A stretch of 63,727 bases of DNA, counting the filler, from Aduncisulcus paluster (taxonomy: Eukaryota), in the NCBI GenBank assembly GCA_024181965.1. It is 10 parts of 10 records of this genome, joined end to end, with 100 filler letters (N's around TTAATTAATTAA, not from the genome) between each part and the next. Parts side by side here need not be neighbours in the genome. Positions count along the whole stretch, not along the records: positions 1 to 2,491 come from BQXS01010141.1; positions 2,592 to 4,903 come from BQXS01010142.1; positions 5,004 to 11,131 come from BQXS01010143.1; positions 11,232 to 14,918 come from BQXS01010144.1; 6 more parts are not named here. One strand, given 5' to 3'. Made by a program: the position numbers and the translations under genes. Under the pieces are notes generated by a model that did not search any database, was not told where the DNA came from, and was given only the letters and a program-made list of their open reading frames with translations. Positions 1 through 11,454 of this stretch are shown one piece after another (positions within the stretch are counted from its first letter, which is position 1; the number at the start of each line of letters is the position of its first letter).

Positions 1-1
1 T

Positions 2-1303
2 AACAGTGAAATGCGTACTCTGAAGAAACTATCGTTGAAAATCAATCTCACTCTGAAGAATATGGGTCAAATAGAAGGGTGGAAACTGACAAGACAAATC
101 TATGCTTCGTTGCTATCTCTAAACCAGTATTCATATCATTTCCCCGTTGATGATGTATTGAAATTCGTCCAAGAATGTGAAAGTAGCGATGATGCTAATG
201 AAAATTGGGAAGAATATGTTAAAGAAAAGGAAAAAGGAGGAAGCACAAGCTCCTCAAGTGAAGAAACCGAACATCGCCGTCAATCATATGTCGAGAGAAA
301 GAAGGGAAAACATCACGATTCCAAGCCCAATAATGATATTGATTTAAAAGCAGATACAGTAGATAAAGCAGAGAAATCAGAGAAAGCAGAGAAAGCAGAG
401 AAAAGAGAGAAAAGAGCTGTGAGTGTGGATAGTCTTGGCATTTCTTCTGATATCTCAGCTCATCTCTCAGAATTAACTATATCAAAGCCTCATAGAGTGA
501 AGTCTGAGATGACTATTCCCCACAAAACAAATCAACATTATCAAACATCTTCAAGCGTGAAGGCAATGCAAAGCAAAGAGAAGATGAAAGGAAGGAGAAC
601 TGACTCAGAAAAACAAGCAGATTATGATGCTGAAATAATTGGTTCTAAATATCCATCTGTGACCACAAGAAAAGGTTTGAAAATGATTGAAGATGATGGT
701 AGTCAGACTGTGCGTAATACTCAATCTGATCAACATTTGGGTATGGGTTATAATCTTGTTGCCGATGCTATGAATCTTGGAGCTTTTGTGACATCTCCTT
801 CTGCGATTGTCCCATCATTTAAAAGATCAATGAGATATGGTAGTCATGGTCACTATAAGAAGAAATCCAAGCACCAGAAACCTTCTCAATGTTCTATTTT
901 GGGAACTTCTTCACCTTATACTACTACTTCCTCCTCATCTTCTTTGCCACCGTTATCATATTCATTCTCAAAGGCTCTTTCTTGCCATCCTATTTATAGA
1001 ATTTTGAGCCAACATGGCACATTCTCTCCTCTCCCCATTTCTACTCGAGATGCTCATGTGAGTCAATTTGTTCGGGATGTTGGAACTAAACGTGGGAATT
1101 ATCTGTTTGAAGGATCTCTCTCAAAAACATCTGAAATGAGAGAATATAGGAAATTCATGAAAAGGGCTCTTGGTTCTTCTTCATGTCGCTATTCTTATGG
1201 GTGTAAACCATCAAAGGGTGTTGAGGCTGAGAGGTTCAATCAATTTCGAAAGTCAAGACCTTCAAATTATGGGTTTATTCGGGAAATATCACAAAAATTC
1301 TAA
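2..1303 (+). CDS. Hypothetical protein, 3' part; Ser/Lys/Glu-rich low complexity
   Basis: Frame is open from the window start to TAA at 1301-1303. Contains KAE repeats (9-bp unit AAAGCAGAG). No recognisable domain. Confidence 0.6.
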   Translation, partial: NSEMRTLKKLSLKINLTLKNMGQIEGWKLTRQIYASLLSLNQYSYHFPVDDVLKFVQECESSDDANENWEEYVKEKEKGGSTSSSSEETEHRRQSYVERKKGKHHDSKPNNDIDLKADTVDKAEKSEKAEKAEKREKRAVSVDSLGISSDISAHLSELTISKPHRVKSEMTIPHKTNQHYQTSSSVKAMQSKEKMKGRRTDSEKQADYDAEIIGSKYPSVTTRKGLKMIEDDGSQTVRNTQSDQHLGMGYNLVADAMNLGAFVTSPSAIVPSFKRSMRYGSHGHYKKKSKHQKPSQCSILGTSSPYTTTSSSSSLPPLSYSFSKALSCHPIYRILSQHGTFSPLPISTRDAHVSQFVRDVGTKRGNYLFEGSLSKTSEMREYRKFMKRALGSSSCRYSYGCKPSKGVEAERFNQFRKSRPSNYGFIREISQKF

Positions 1304-1431
1304 ATTGAGAGTTTGACAAACCAATACTCTGACAACTCAGCATCCATGGAATGTACATCGTCGCTCATTATATATCACCACTGGTGTTACTGGCAGTAAA
1401 AAAAATTATCGTAACAGCAATAGTAATTAAT

Positions 1432-2009
1432 TTCGATATCCCACTCAAGGCTATCTGGAAGGAGAACTTGGGTAGGCACACTGTGCGAATAACCTCCAGG
1501 GCATTCTGAACGTTGAATATAGGCAGATTATTCTTCATTTCAGTTACCACTTTCTCAAGGTTTTTGAGAGCACATTCTTCCATAATTTTTGGATGGTTGG
1601 AGAGCCAAATACCCATGATCTTCTGCAGATCGTTTCTGTCGACAGCCTCAGGATCACCAGGGTCGACCAGGAATAAAGGAGCCACACTGCACTTGTCCTC
1701 ATTGAGTGAAAGCCCAAATGGACCCAGGTTGGCAGATACCAGGTCCATAACCTCTTTCATGTCATCTTCGCTATCAACGATAACAGTGATGTTGTCAAGG
1801 TAGGCCACAACACGGGGGATTTTGGCAGTGACCACACCATCTTCTTCCAGTTCAATATACCCAAACCTATTATGGAGAAGCTCCACAATAGGATGTATGG
1901 TAATAGCAAACAAGAAAGCAGACAGAAGGTCACCTTGGGCCACCCCACATGCCATTTCAACGAGGTCATTTTCATATATCAGTGTGATCTTTTTCAAATA
2001 TTGGAGGAC
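1432..2009 (-). mobile_element. Non-LTR retrotransposon reverse transcriptase fragment (CRE/R2-like), inactive
   Basis: RT motifs GVAQGDLLSAFLFAI, VVAYLDNITV (YxDD changed to YLDN) and FGLSLNEDKC. Truncated at both ends; the frame stays open up to the LTR boundary at 2009. Confidence 0.85.
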
Positions 2010-2110
2010 TGTAATAAGGCCAACTCAAACAATGTTGCTGTGAGCAAGTTTATTCGTTATGATCGATTGTTCAAGGGGGTCAAGTTCCCTGCATACAACT
2101 TCCCCTGACA
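2010..2110 (-). repeat. Putative 3' LTR (101 bp) of a Ty3/gypsy element
   Basis: On the minus strand it reads TGTCAGGGG...AATAAA...TTATTACA, with TG..CA termini and an AATAAA at 2048-2053. It directly follows the purine tract GGGAGGCAG (2119-2111), which lies just after the integrase stop codon. Confidence 0.7.
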
Positions 2111-2122
2111 CTGCCTCCCATG

Positions 2123-2491
2123 CTAAGGGTTCCTGATCCTCTTGGACTTCAGGTATTCCTTTAGGATTGCTAGTGTCTTTATATTCTCGTATGGTACCCA
2201 GTTGTTCCTGGTATCCTTCAAGCCGTACCACTTGACAAAGAATTCTCTTTGTCCCTTTGGGCCTCTATGTCTCTCGATTCTCTCGACAAGCCTACTGCCA
2301 TAATCACGTAAAGCCAATGCACGAACGTCGTTATCTGTAAGCTTTGGATCCCGGATAAATTCAATTATGTTATCTATCTCGGCTTCTACGGTCAGCGTGT
2401 TACATGTCAAGCTCTGAAGCTTATACAGCTTATCGCCGAGCTTTAGAATCACCTTATAGGGTCCTGTGAAGGCTGGATATAATTTAGAGAC
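2123..2491 (-). mobile_element. Ty3/gypsy integrase C-terminus with GPY/F module and chromodomain (chromovirus-like), 5' cut by contig end
   Basis: SKLYPAFTGPYKVI (GPY/F motif) is followed by VERIERHRG..REFFVKWYGLKDTRNNWVPYENI (chromodomain), then TAG. Confidence 0.88.
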
Positions 2492-2591
2492 NNNNNNNNN
2501 NNNNNNNNNNNNNNNNNNNNNNNNNNNNNNNNNNNTTAATTAATTAANNNNNNNNNNNNNNNNNNNNNNNNNNNNNNNNNNNNNNNNNNNN
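2492..2591. other. Artificial contig linker (N44-TTAATTAATTAA-N44); also at 4904-5003, 11132-11231, 14919-15018, 17097-17196, 20919-21018, 43569-43668, 46106-46205 and 61206-61305
   Basis: Identical 100-bp spacer with stops in all six frames, occurring nine times. Confidence 0.98.
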
Positions 2592-4903
2592 ACTCCTTTA
2601 TCGTCAGCAATGTGCTTTGATCTCCACCCCTTCTTCTTACGCTCTTCCTCAATTTCCCACATCTTTTTAAATGAGTCAATCACACTCTCTCCTTCTTTGA
2701 TACAAGAAAAGAGAAGATTCCTATGCACAGACGATACAGAGGCCTCGGATATGTGGATCATGGTACTGAATGCACTGTCAATCGTCATAGAATTCAAAGG
2801 AGCCATCAAATACAACTCGAGGGGACTTGTCCACACAGATATATTCTCAGGAGAGTCTGATTCTGAATCATTCGTAACATCTTTTGTAAATTTGATCATC
2901 TCCTTCAATAATTCTAGTTTATAATCATTCTTAGACTCCTTTATAAACGTGGCAGTCTCAGATTGAGAAGTGGTGAGATTAGTTTGCTCATCTCCCACAT
3001 CTTTCTCATTTCTGTTGTCTTTCATTATCGTAGAAAGATCAACCTTTGGTTCTTCAGGCTCTTCAGACACACCAAGAGCTATAAAACTGGAAGAAATCGG
3101 ATTATTCCCGTCCGAAGGGAATATTTCTTCCAACAAAGCCGTGGCAGATTTGGCCCCCTTCATTGCTTTCCTTGAGTATTCTTCACCCAGTCTCTCCTCA
3201 AGGACTTCACACAGCTCTCCACAAACTATCAAGGAATTAACGGCCTTTGTACGGTGGGCATGAAGCATACTTTCACCTCTTCCCTCTTTGATATCAGTAA
3301 TGAGAGTTGAGAGCGAGGCAGCGGCTGAGTTGAGTCGATTCATGACCGCCTCGAGAGATCCTTCCTTGAGATCCCCCTTGTTGACCTTCCTTTCTTCCCA
3401 TTGATGTAGCAAATTCTTATTGGTCTCGTTATCCTTAATAATATACATCCTCTCTGATAAGCACTCACTGCCGATAACTCCAACACAGAGCTCAAGAAGA
3501 CACTCACAGAGGTAGGCACTAACTTGTTTGTCTGAGGTGAACAGAGGAGTCACCTCCTGAAGTAAATTCATGAGGGAATGTGATAGTGGAAGGTATGAAA
3601 TAGCATAATTAAGTACATTATTACGAAGGAAAGAGGGTAAACGCTCAGCAGCAAACTCAAGATCGCTGTATTTGCTTGTTTTGTGAATCAACAATCCAAC
3701 ACAGCCCAACAAAGGAGCGCATGCATGAGGAATATGTGAATACAAGGACAAACAAGTATACACGAAGCGTACCATTTGTCCATTGTTCATAACACTAACC
3801 TTTGAAGGGGGAAGGATCTTTAAATCCATGAGAGTGTACAAAAGAGCAGCATATGCGGGGATATTCTTATTATTGGTGGGGTTGACATATGACAATATCG
3901 TCTCAGCAAGCTCCTCAATGTGTCTTGTTGTTTGAGAGAATCCTTCCTGAATTCTATCCTCATTCTCTTGTTGTTCCTTGTTCTCACTGAATTTATCGCC
4001 AGTGAGTTCATTGGATGAGCGTATAGTGCGACCAACATATTCTTTTTCACGACGGATAGATACGGAATGAATAGTATTTTCAGCAAGCATACGGATGGCA
4101 TCTGGAACAGAAGGAATGAGATCACTAGCCTCGCTAATTGCAACTCTAATATGACTGGCACCCTTACCTTCCCCTTCTAATAAGTGAATACACCCCAACA
4201 AGGAAGAGAGGAGGATTGGAGCACTCACAAGAATATAGCCGACATTAGACAGACCCTTCAATAGAATAGAAAATACGTCGCTTAGAACATTGATTGGGGA
4301 CATATACTCAAAGTTAAATGTCAGAGGAATAATGTTAGTGAAGGATTCATCCAAATTTATCTTCAAATCGACCCTTGAGGCATTGATATCAGAAGATTCA
4401 TCTCCAAATGTACTAGATTCACTGAAAGTTCTGTGTAGAGTTGTATTGAAGGAAGATCCAGCGCTTGCAGCGAATGCAGAAGCTATTGTTTGTGTGGCAC
4501 TCATGAAAGAATGACCAAATTGGCCAGGTGAAGGCAAGGAAAGATCATTGAAATGGCAAGCAAGACAGACAGATTGTCCTCCTTGGATCAGAGCATGACA
4601 CATTCGAATGGCACAGATTGTACTTAATCCAACATTGATATTCCTATTCTTGTCACGGATACAAGTGTTCTTGGCAATGTTCATACATGTTCCAAGCAAA
4701 AGCTGGGAGTTAACTTTTCTCGTATCTCGACTGATGACACACTCTTCGAGCCATTGGATAACAGATATAAGGAATTTGGAGGAGAGAGTGTCAGGGTGAC
4801 GAGAGAAAGTATGAACACAGCAGAGTTGAGCAGAGGAAGTGATTTCAGCATGAGCCAAATCATTAGACAAAATACAATACCACATGGGAGATGGAGGCAA
4901 GGA
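2592..4903 (-). CDS. Large hypothetical, probably helical (ARM/HEAT-like) protein, internal fragment
   Basis: Uninterrupted ORF of about 770 codons spanning the whole contig; Leu/Cys-rich helical composition. Confidence 0.7.
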
Positions 4904-5003
4904 NNNNNNNNNNNNNNNNNNNNNNNNNNNNNNNNNNNNNNNNNNNNTTAATTAATTAANNNNNNNNNNNNNNNNNNNNNNNNNNNNNNNNNNNNNNNNN
5001 NNN

Positions 5004-6066
5004 CACCAACACACACAAACTCAGCACCAGATGCAGTATAAAGCCCGCGAGATTCGAAAGTGTCGTTTCTCTCATCCTTCATGGCCCACTTTGAATGATC
5101 TTTGGTGTAGTGCCACGTGAGATCATCCCCAAAGTCGACATCCATGACATTGGCAATAGTGTAGGTCACGGTGCTGTTATTTGAACACATGGGAGGGTAT
5201 TCAGGACGCATCCATGTCTCTGTCATCATGTTGGAGAGGAAGTATTGAGACACAAAGTCATCGTACAACTGGCCATCCCATTGCCTATTCTTGGCAAAGA
5301 TAAGGAAGTTGTACCCACCTCTTGAGGAGAATGGGAGTAATTCAGCTGTGGACTTTGTGGTGTGAGATACCTTGCTGACAATGGAATAGAATTCGGAAAG
5401 AGTCTGTTCACCGACGGTGGGGAGATTTTTGACATAATAAGAAGGGTAAATATCATAAAGATATTGAGAAACAGTGTCATTCAAAATGTCTGCATTCACA
5501 TCCATACAGAGGAAAGATTGTCCATAAATAGCCTCATCATCAGGGTATTGATAAGTGTCCTCGGTAAATGGAGAGTGAGGGAAAGATGGAACCGAGTGAA
5601 CAAGCCAGAAACCGGTACCAGAACTCACATCAAAGGCAATAACACCTTTAGCATGAGCCTTGTAAGAATCTGAGGTTCCATCATCATGCTCATCGTTATA
5701 CATAATGACAACGGTTTCATCATAATCGGAAAGACCATAAATTTGTGAAAGGGTTAAGATTAAGGCTCCTCCATTGCTATCTTGGAGAGAATATGGAGAA
5801 AATTTAAATTGTTTGGAAGAAACGTCCAAATAAGTGTATCCAAATCCATCTTGCACATATTCTTCAGAATGGTCTTGGAGCATTGGAGCTTTCATGGCAA
5901 TGAACCAATCGATGGATTTTCCATTCTCATCCAAGCATCCAATTGTTTTTTCAGTTGGTTTTCGATTTTTAATGATTTTCACAGTTGAAACATATCCCAA
6001 ATTAGAGATAATACCTGGAATACAAATAATACATAAACACATGAGTATAATTGGAATGACCTTCAT
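5004..6066 (-). CDS. DNASE2: Deoxyribonuclease II (acid DNase, PLD superfamily), 3' truncated
   Basis: Signal/anchor peptide, then CLDENGKSIDWFIAMKAP, AHAKGV, GFWLVHSVPSFP, YGQSFLC and DHSKWA (both HxK motifs present). Confidence 0.93.
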
Positions 6067-6320
6067 TTGAATTTGCAATCAATCTTGAGATATTATGGAA
6101 GGATGGAAACTATTTTGAAAAACTAGACAAACAAAAAATATAATACCACATAATCAATCACAAGAAAATAATAAATGGTTTTCTTGAATTTATTTGACTG
6201 AAAACCCATAAGGAATGGAATAATTGAATCAATTAAATTGATTGAGGTAATATAAGAGAAAACTAATCCAATTACAGTTAAAAATATGATTTATAGATTA
6301 TATATTGCAATAATACAATA

Positions 6321-8182
6321 TCAAGAATGCTTTTCATCTTCTCCTTTCTCAGATTCTTTTCTCCACATTCGGATACCACTTCGTGTAATAACCGTATGTC
6401 TTAAAAACCTTGCATTACCAAGATTAAGAGGTATTTTTGTTCCTTCAACTATCAAAGTAACATCATCAAGATACATAATATCATCAAATTGCATTTGGAG
6501 TTGAGCAGAAAATAAAAGGTGGGATAATAAGGAATAATGCTTGAGTATGGATAGTAATGCAGATTTTAATGGATTTCCTTCTTTCTTGGAACATGTTGAC
6601 ATCTCCTTATCCAAATTTAGTGGAGATGGAGCAGAAGGAATGGAGGAACAAGACGAAGTCGAAGGCGAGGAGTCATGAACAATTGATTTAGATAATGAAC
6701 TTGGATTCACTTCTTCCTTGCGATCAAACTGATAGGATCGAGGAGTTAATCTTTGGATTGAAGAAAAATTATGTCGAAAGTACTTTTCAAGATTACATTC
6801 TGAAAGTAAAGGACACGGAGAGATTGCGACACATGGACTAGTCCTTTCATAAGAAAGCTTAGCATCCTTATCAGACATTTCATCCATTTTTTTTTCAATA
6901 GCATCATTATCAACTCGATCATACAGAAAATCAACTGTTCGAAGCAATATTTTGTCAAAGTTTTCCGGAGAAAACTCAATTTGTTTCAAATCAAAATCAG
7001 AATCACACTGTACTATCAACGAAATAAAATGTGAGACAACAAATGTTGTCAAAGGGATATCACAAAAATTATATAGATATTCCTTGACAAAATTAAGGGC
7101 CTTATCAATTCCTTCACGNNNNNNNNNNNNNNNNNNNNTCTTTGGATTGAAGAAAAATTATGTCGAAAGTACTTTTCAAGATTACATTCTGAAAGTAAAG
7201 GACACGGAGAGATTGCGACACATGGACTAGTCCTTTCATAAGAAAGCTTAGCATCCTTATCAGACATTTCATCCATTTTTTTTTCAATAGCATCATTATC
7301 AACTCGATCATACAGAAAATCAACTGTTCGAAGCAATATTTTGTCAAAGTTTTCCGGAGAAAACTCAATTTGTTTCAAATCAAAATCAGAATCACACTGT
7401 ACTATCAACGAAATAAAATGTGAGACAACAAATGTTGTCAAAGGGATATCACAAAAATTATATAGATATTCCTTGACAAAATTAAGGGCCTTATCAATTC
7501 CTTCACGTTCAAGGACTTCAATAGAGGCCTTTCTAAACAATAATAATCCCAAATGAATCCTACAGAGCTCATCAAATTCAGATCTACTCAAAACATCCAT
7601 TGGCTCGTCACATGGAAGTTTGATATTCGAGCAACATGCCTTATCACGAAACCGATGAACTGAATGGGTTGACATCACTTTTGAATGAGTGCGACACATT
7701 CGATGAACTTTCATTTGAGATGCCAACAAGATAATATCATGGGGGTCAAATAGAGTGGATACACCCAATATATATTCTAAATATTTAATCACCAAAAAAG
7801 AATGTTGTTTCAAAAGACTTTTGATCAAAAGATATTGAATAATTTTCGGTCTCCACAAAGAATCATCACTGAAGGGAAAAGCATCAACAAGTGTTTTAAT
7901 GGTTTCAAATTTCAAAGCAAAAGAACAGTGAGATAGGATACAATCAAGGATGCTCTTTCTTTCCCCCTTTACAACGGGAAAAGGTCGAAACAAAGACAAA
8001 TTGAAATAAGACTTTTTATATGACATAAGATAATGGTAAAATATCAATAAAAATGTTCGATTAATTATACTATCAAAAATAAACAATCCAAGACCTAACT
8101 TTGTTCGTTCAATTTTGGAAAACCTCGCAATCACAAAATTAACAATTTGGCCAAGAGGATCACCTTCAAATACATAAATCAT
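6321..8182 (-). CDS. Hypothetical protein; one gene split by an artefactual duplication at the 7119-7138 gap
   Basis: ORFs 7049-8182 and 6321-7052 overlap through the duplication 6750-7118 = 7139-7507. Collapsing it gives a single ORF. Confidence 0.65.
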
Positions 8183-8517
8183 TTGAATCTAAACAATATC
8201 CAGTCTTTAAGAATCCGAATGACATTCTTTCTCCTTTCTGGGGGCGAAGAAATAGTATTAATAAATCCTGCTCGACACCCTATTCAGAAATACTACACCT
8301 AATCAAAACGTTATTTTAAAATCCTAAGTCAATCATATTATTTTTCCACATTAGTATATATTTTTGAGCTACAATACCCTGCAAAAAAATTCTTTTGTCG
8401 CCAGGCCCGATTTTTGAAACAATTTCAGTTTTATATTACCTTGTTTATCCATATTATTGTATAAATTCTGTATTTATCCAATTGGTCTGATTTTATTTAT
8501 TCTTTCTCACTTAAAAC

Positions 8518-10515
8518 ATGAAACGTTTGGCTCAGCTATTTTCTTCCACTTATGATACCTTTAAAGAAAATGATATTCCTGTTATTTTGCAAGGTTATTC
8601 ATTTAATCCATCCCCAGACTACAAAATACCATCAATAGAACCCCCAAAACGAGAAATATCTCTGTCTCGATCCATTGAAAAATATATTATAACCCATAAA
8701 CATCACATTCAACAAAATAGAAAATTGTATACATTGATTTCTTCGATGCCTCTTCTCTCTTATCGAAAACATTTTGTTCCTATTCCTGGGACCAGGATTA
8801 CATCTGATTCTGGCTGGGGATGCTGTCATAGATGTATGCAAATGCTAACAAGCACAGCTATAATTCGACATTTTGTCATTTCTCTAACCAGATCTCAACT
8901 TCCCCCTTATACACCCAATGGTGTATCCTCCCCGACAAAAAGAACTCAATCGCCCTATTGTATATTTCCTCTTCATTATTCTCAATTTCCTCTCCTTTAT
9001 AAAAGATCATTAGCTTTATTTGCCGATTCAATGACTTCACCCTTATCAATCCATTCGATTTCTCTTGAAGCCGAATCTTCCTGCAAGGTTCCCCGTGGAT
9101 CATGGTTAAAACCTCAACAAGCCTCATTTGTTATGGAAAAAATCTTTAATAGAAAAGGAGATAGCAGTATTTCATACCATTTACGATCCGCTTGGTTTAA
9201 ACTTCAAAATGATATCCAACAAGTCAGATCTCTCTCAAAGTCCAACCTTTCGTCTCCCCAGGCATCTCCCAGGAGTCGGAGTCACTCCTTTGAAGTCAAA
9301 GAAGTTACCGCTGGAGAACGTCAGTCATCCACAGAATTAGCTGCAACCGATGGGAATGATCCCTATGTCCTAAGTGCCATGGTCTCTCGTCACTCAGAAT
9401 TTCCTGAGAAGGAGGTTATTATCACCAGCGAGAAGTCATCCAATCCAACGGAGAGCATGTTTCCCACTTCTCAATTGCAATCCGTTGCCATGTGTGGTCT
9501 GTTCCCCATTCCTTTGTCTCTCCCCACTCCCATATCCATCCAAGATAGCATCCCACCGGCAGAACAACTCCGTCGAAAACAATTGCAGTCATTAAGAAAG
9601 TGGATTGACAAGTTCGTGCCTCCTCACGTATGCCACTCAATAGCATCAGTTGAATCTCTCTCGCATTCCAAAACAGCTATAGAAACACCATTAGACACCC
9701 CAAAGACTTCTTCTTTCCCAATGCCAGGATATTCCAGACTTCCAGCTCTCTCTCTTCTTGTTGCTCGTGATGCCGTCGTTTGTCTGAGGGATGTTGAAGT
9801 TATCCTGGAAAACAGTGACGATGTTCTTTTGCTCATCCCCTTGCTTCTTGGCGGTGGGAACTCATTTGACAGACGTTACGAAGAGTCTCTTTTGCATATT
9901 TTTACCCTTTCTTCCTTTGTGGGAGTGGTTGGTGGAGAGGCCTCAAGACCTCGGGCTCTCTTTTTCCCTGGATTTACGACTGGAAAGCGAGGGACTTCAT
10001 TCATAACCTTTGATCCTCACACTACTCTGAAGTCTGTGTCTGAGAAATGGTACTATTCATCCCCTCAACAGGAATCTGGATCAAAACAGATTGAAGACAA
10101 TATTATTCTATCTTCATTCTTTCCAAATTTATCATCTTCTGAGCAGCACTCTCTCAACATACCACTCACACCGATCTCTAATATATCCTCTTCGATGGTA
10201 ATCGGTCTTTTATTCCACACAAAGCGACAAATAGATGAACTCATTTGTATGTATACGGACGACAAATGTAGCGGGGCTGAATTCCACGGTTGTTTTGAAA
10301 TTCATGATGGAACTCGGGAAAATTGGGAGGAAGTTATGGGCATTCGTATTCATCCCCCTTCCTCTGCAACCCCCCATAAAATGTCGTGTCCGTCTGATGT
10401 GCACCATGGATCCGTGTCCGAAGGCTGGGAGACGATTGAAGTTCCAAGAGACGTCTCTGAGCATCAGCGAATACATGATCTTTCAGACGAGTGGGACATT
10501 GTTGGCGATCTGTGA
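8518..10515 (+). CDS. ATG4: Autophagy cysteine protease Atg4 (peptidase C54) with a long Ser/Pro-rich insertion
   Basis: SYRKHF..ITSDSGWGCCHRCMQM (catalytic Cys), LLLIPLLLG, VGVVGG..ALFFPG and FDPH (catalytic Asp/His). Confidence 0.9.
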   Translation: MKRLAQLFSSTYDTFKENDIPVILQGYSFNPSPDYKIPSIEPPKREISLSRSIEKYIITHKHHIQQNRKLYTLISSMPLLSYRKHFVPIPGTRITSDSGWGCCHRCMQMLTSTAIIRHFVISLTRSQLPPYTPNGVSSPTKRTQSPYCIFPLHYSQFPLLYKRSLALFADSMTSPLSIHSISLEAESSCKVPRGSWLKPQQASFVMEKIFNRKGDSSISYHLRSAWFKLQNDIQQVRSLSKSNLSSPQASPRSRSHSFEVKEVTAGERQSSTELAATDGNDPYVLSAMVSRHSEFPEKEVIITSEKSSNPTESMFPTSQLQSVAMCGLFPIPLSLPTPISIQDSIPPAEQLRRKQLQSLRKWIDKFVPPHVCHSIASVESLSHSKTAIETPLDTPKTSSFPMPGYSRLPALSLLVARDAVVCLRDVEVILENSDDVLLLIPLLLGGGNSFDRRYEESLLHIFTLSSFVGVVGGEASRPRALFFPGFTTGKRGTSFITFDPHTTLKSVSEKWYYSSPQQESGSKQIEDNIILSSFFPNLSSSEQHSLNIPLTPISNISSSMVIGLLFHTKRQIDELICMYTDDKCSGAEFHGCFEIHDGTRENWEEVMGIRIHPPSSATPHKMSCPSDVHHGSVSEGWETIEVPRDVSEHQRIHDLSDEWDIVGDL

Positions 10516-10890
10516 TGTATGACACGTTCTAACAAATTTACTCAATTATCCCTTTTCAGAATAAATTATCCCTTTCAATTTGCGTCTTCCTATTCCATTA
10601 TGAATATCATCCTTCCCATTCCCTATCGTATTTCGCACGTCAAAAGTGTGTAATTTCGATTCTGTCTTTCCACCGCTATTCTTTCGAGTTGTGCATTTTT
10701 ATGTCCACCAATATTTAATACATTTTATTTTTTATTCATCTTCGTGTGTTTTTATGTGCTCATTCATACTATCTCTCGTGGAATGGTCTCGTCAATTCTT
10801 TTCGTGTTGATTTCGCTAGAACTTGTTTCACTGTTTCACGATGTTATTTTTTCTTTGCAAGAAAGTCTTACTTTTTTATCATAACATCTA

Positions 10891-11131
10891 ATGCCCGCTA
10901 CTACCGTTGCTGATCTTTACGAGATTCTTAAGAGAAGAGATGGACACCAGAAGGAGTTCATCCAAGCTGTCGAGGAGGTTATCGAGTCCCTCAAGCCCAT
11001 CTTCGACAAGGAGCCCAAGTACATTGGTGTCTTCGAGCGTTTGATGGAGCCCGAGCGTGTCATCATGTTCCGTGTCCCATGGATCGATGACAAGGGTGCC
11101 TTCCAGGTTAACCGTGGTTTCCGTGTTGAGT
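10891..11131 (+). CDS. gdhA: NADP-specific glutamate dehydrogenase, N-terminal fragment
   Basis: EFIQAVEEV..L.P and ERLMEPERVIMFRVPWIDDKG..QVNRGFRVE. Codon usage is strongly C-biased, as expected for a highly expressed gene. Confidence 0.95.
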
Positions 11132-11454
11132 NNNNNNNNNNNNNNNNNNNNNNNNNNNNNNNNNNNNNNNNNNNNTTAATTAATTAANNNNNNNNNNNNN
11201 NNNNNNNNNNNNNNNNNNNNNNNNNNNNNNNCAAAACACAAAGCGAAAGTCGGCCCCTTCAGCCAAGGAGCTTAGGAACCAGCACCAAGCGAGCATGAGA
11301 GGGGAGTCTTTGGCGGGCTTAGCGTCCTCGATGTCGTCGCGCCATGTTGACAAGCGTTTACACACAGTAGGAAAGACGGCCTCTCCAAAGTCCATGTCCA
11401 ACCGGAGAAAGTTACCGAGAGCGCCGAAGATCATTGGGTGCTCCTTAGTGGAGG

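Noticed and set aside
1368-2491. A novel single element fusing a chromo-integrase to a non-LTR RT
   Set aside because: A stop, a PPT and a TG..CA LTR separate the two parts, so nested insertion explains it better.
2492-2591. Recurrent TTAATTAATTAA motif within N runs
   Set aside because: Artificial six-frame-stop contig linker. Gene adjacency across these linkers has no biological meaning.
6750-7507. Apparent tandem gene duplications around 20-N gaps (also 18582-19049, 28112-28741, 58316-58969 and 59472-60079)
   Set aside because: Each is an overlap of two contig ends around a fixed 20-N gap; collapsing them restores single ORFs.
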